DNA from: an uncultured Thermoplasmata archaeon
GTDB lineage: Archaea; Thermoplasmatota; Thermoplasmata; Lutacidiplasmatales; UBA184
Direction: 5' to 3'
NCBI GenBank assembly: GCA_963715645.1
Contig: OY970259.1
Coordinates: forward strand, 2,860 to 66,859
DNA: 64,000 bases
This document shows, piece by piece, positions 62,778 to 64,000 of this stretch. Under the pieces are notes generated by a model. That model had not been told where the DNA came from. It saw only the letters and a list, made by a program, of their open reading frames with translations, and did no database searches. The position numbers and the translations under genes are program-made. Each line of letters begins with the position of its first letter. Positions within the stretch are counted from its first letter, which is position 1.

Positions 62778-62862
62778 GCAGGGGTGGCCCAGCTTGGTCA
62801 AAGGCGCTAGGTTGAGGTCCTAGTCTCGTAGGAGTCCGTGAGTTCAAATCTCACCCCCTGCA
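62778..62862 (+). tRNA. tRNA-Leu (anticodon GAG), long variable arm
   Basis: Acceptor GCAGGGG/CCCCUGC, anticodon arm CUAGG-UUGAGGU-CCUAG, variable arm UCUCGUAGGAGUC, T arm GUGAG-UUCAAAU-CUCAC, discriminator A. No encoded CCA. Confidence 0.88.
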
Positions 62863-63108
62863 CTCCTCCACTCGTACGCCCGCAATGCCTGGATGCCCTC
62901 GGGATGAATCCCGACCCGCTCCGCGGTTCGGGCCGCTGGAAAGGGGTTGCTTGAGTACGTCCCCGCAGTGAGCGAAGTCCACTCCACGAATCACTGACTC
63001 CCGCCGCGACAAAGTCGCTGAGGCCGCCCTAATGGCTGCGAGAGATCTTGATGCAGGGGGATGGCTCGCCGGATCAACGAAGGCAGAAGTCGGCGGTCGA
63101 AACGACGG

Positions 63109-63744
63109 CTACGGGTACTGCTCGCAGGTGATGTCGAAGACGAATGTCGGAGTGTACACTCCGTTCTGAGATGGGAGCGTGACGTTCAACATGACGGATG
63201 CTGGGGGGTTGGAGAGGTAGTTCTCCCCCGAGAAGTTCAGCGGGAACGGGTGAGCGCTCCAGACGCCACTCTTGAACTGTGCCTCCAACGATACAATAGC
63301 AAAGGGGGAGAGCGCGACGATCCCGTTCACACTGCAGTTCACTGGTACGCCGGGGGGAAAGAGGTCTTCATAAATTGTCAGGCCGAGCCGCACCGCGCTT
63401 CCTGCAGGAGCCTGAATTGTCCAACCAGAGGGCGATTCGCCGGTGGCATTGAACCAAGCTCCGGCGTATTCGAAAACATTCGTCGCCGTCTTGCCCGCCG
63501 GCACATTGGTGTAGTTGAACCCTAGATTTGCGCCGTTAACGAGCACGTCCGTCGGTCCACTCGCCTGGGTCTCGAGGTAAACCGCCGCGAATACGACGCT
63601 AAGGACCACGACTACGACGGTGCCGATGACTGCCCAACGTCGGACTCGACGCGGTTTTTGGGTGACACCGGTTGGTCGCGGCCCACCGGGTTCTACAGAG
63701 GATCCAGGGGGCGGTGTGCCGGCCGATCCGACGAGCGCCGCCAT
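63109..63744 (-). CDS. membrane-anchored, sequon-rich extracellular protein (hypothetical)
   Basis: Intact 211 aa. Basic N-terminus followed by TM helix WAVIGTVVVVVLSVVFAAVYL. Several N-x-S/T sites. Confidence 0.6.
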   Translation of the reverse strand: MAALVGSAGTPPPGSSVEPGGPRPTGVTQKPRRVRRWAVIGTVVVVVLSVVFAAVYLETQASGPTDVLVNGANLGFNYTNVPAGKTATNVFEYAGAWFNATGESPSGWTIQAPAGSAVRLGLTIYEDLFPPGVPVNCSVNGIVALSPFAIVSLEAQFKSGVWSAHPFPLNFSGENYLSNPPASVMLNVTLPSQNGVYTPTFVFDITCEQYP

Positions 63745-64000
63745 CGATTCGCCCCGCCGAGATTCGGCTCCGAGATATTCAGCCTTTCCGTGTCAGGCTT
63801 CGTTACTGAGCCTTGAGCGGATTTCTACGCGCCGGGGGTGTGCATAGGGGTGCTTTGCCCCCGCGGGGGTGTGCTCGAGGTCCTAGGTTTCGTCCCGGGC
63901 ACGCCATACGAGTGGGGGGCCGGCACCGACCAACACATTTTCCTTCTGTCCGGCTTCCTGCCCCGTCGGGGTTGCCATGGATCAGGACAAAATCGGCCGT

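Overview
High-G+C archaeal chromosomal segment. Diagnostic genes are the rpoE'-spt4-DUF359-rps24e-rps27ae cluster, Alba, archaeal type II GAPDH, archaeal-type ProRS and two tRNAs. It has three parts. (1) 1-27.56 kb is an accessory/mobile region ending at tRNA-Arg(CCG). Its high-GC flanks look plasmid/provirus-like. The left flank has a broken P-loop NTPase, a PrsW protease and a serine recombinase (3630-4331). The right flank is a five-gene operon with overlapping stops and starts: hyp-hyp-MTase-MTase-serine recombinase (22866-27130). These flanks bracket a visibly lower-GC island of about 18.5 kb (4.33-22.87 kb) packed with conflict/defence-type modules. The modules are: a sacsin-like GHKL-DUF3883 gene with an HNH gene and a membrane protein; an OLD-type ATPase-TOPRIM nuclease; an N6-adenine-type DNA methyltransferase co-operonic with a MORC-like-GHKL/histidine-kinase fusion and a receiver-domain protein (my best candidate for an undescribed system); a GGCT-like gene; a small protein + Rad50/SMC-like zinc-hook ATPase + PD-(D/E)xK nuclease triad; and a PIN-GNAT-ASCH fusion with a stand-alone ASCH partner. 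(2) 27.7-36.2 kb is a glycosylation/envelope cluster (three GT-B glycosyltransferases, a ~1,130-aa polytopic membrane protein, a SAM methyltransferase). It is followed by sequon-rich surface proteins, one of which sits in a 1.7-kb transposase-less cassette with a 9-bp target duplication and terminal inverted repeats (37329-39025). (3) 39.2-62.9 kb holds core housekeeping genes. Major caveat: many genes, including essential ones (proS, gdhA, thiL), are split over several frames, in clusters. Much of the apparent pseudogenisation is therefore probably indel error, and every 'interrupted' call, including those in the island, must be read with that in mind. All family assignments come from motif recognition by eye; no searches or computations were run.
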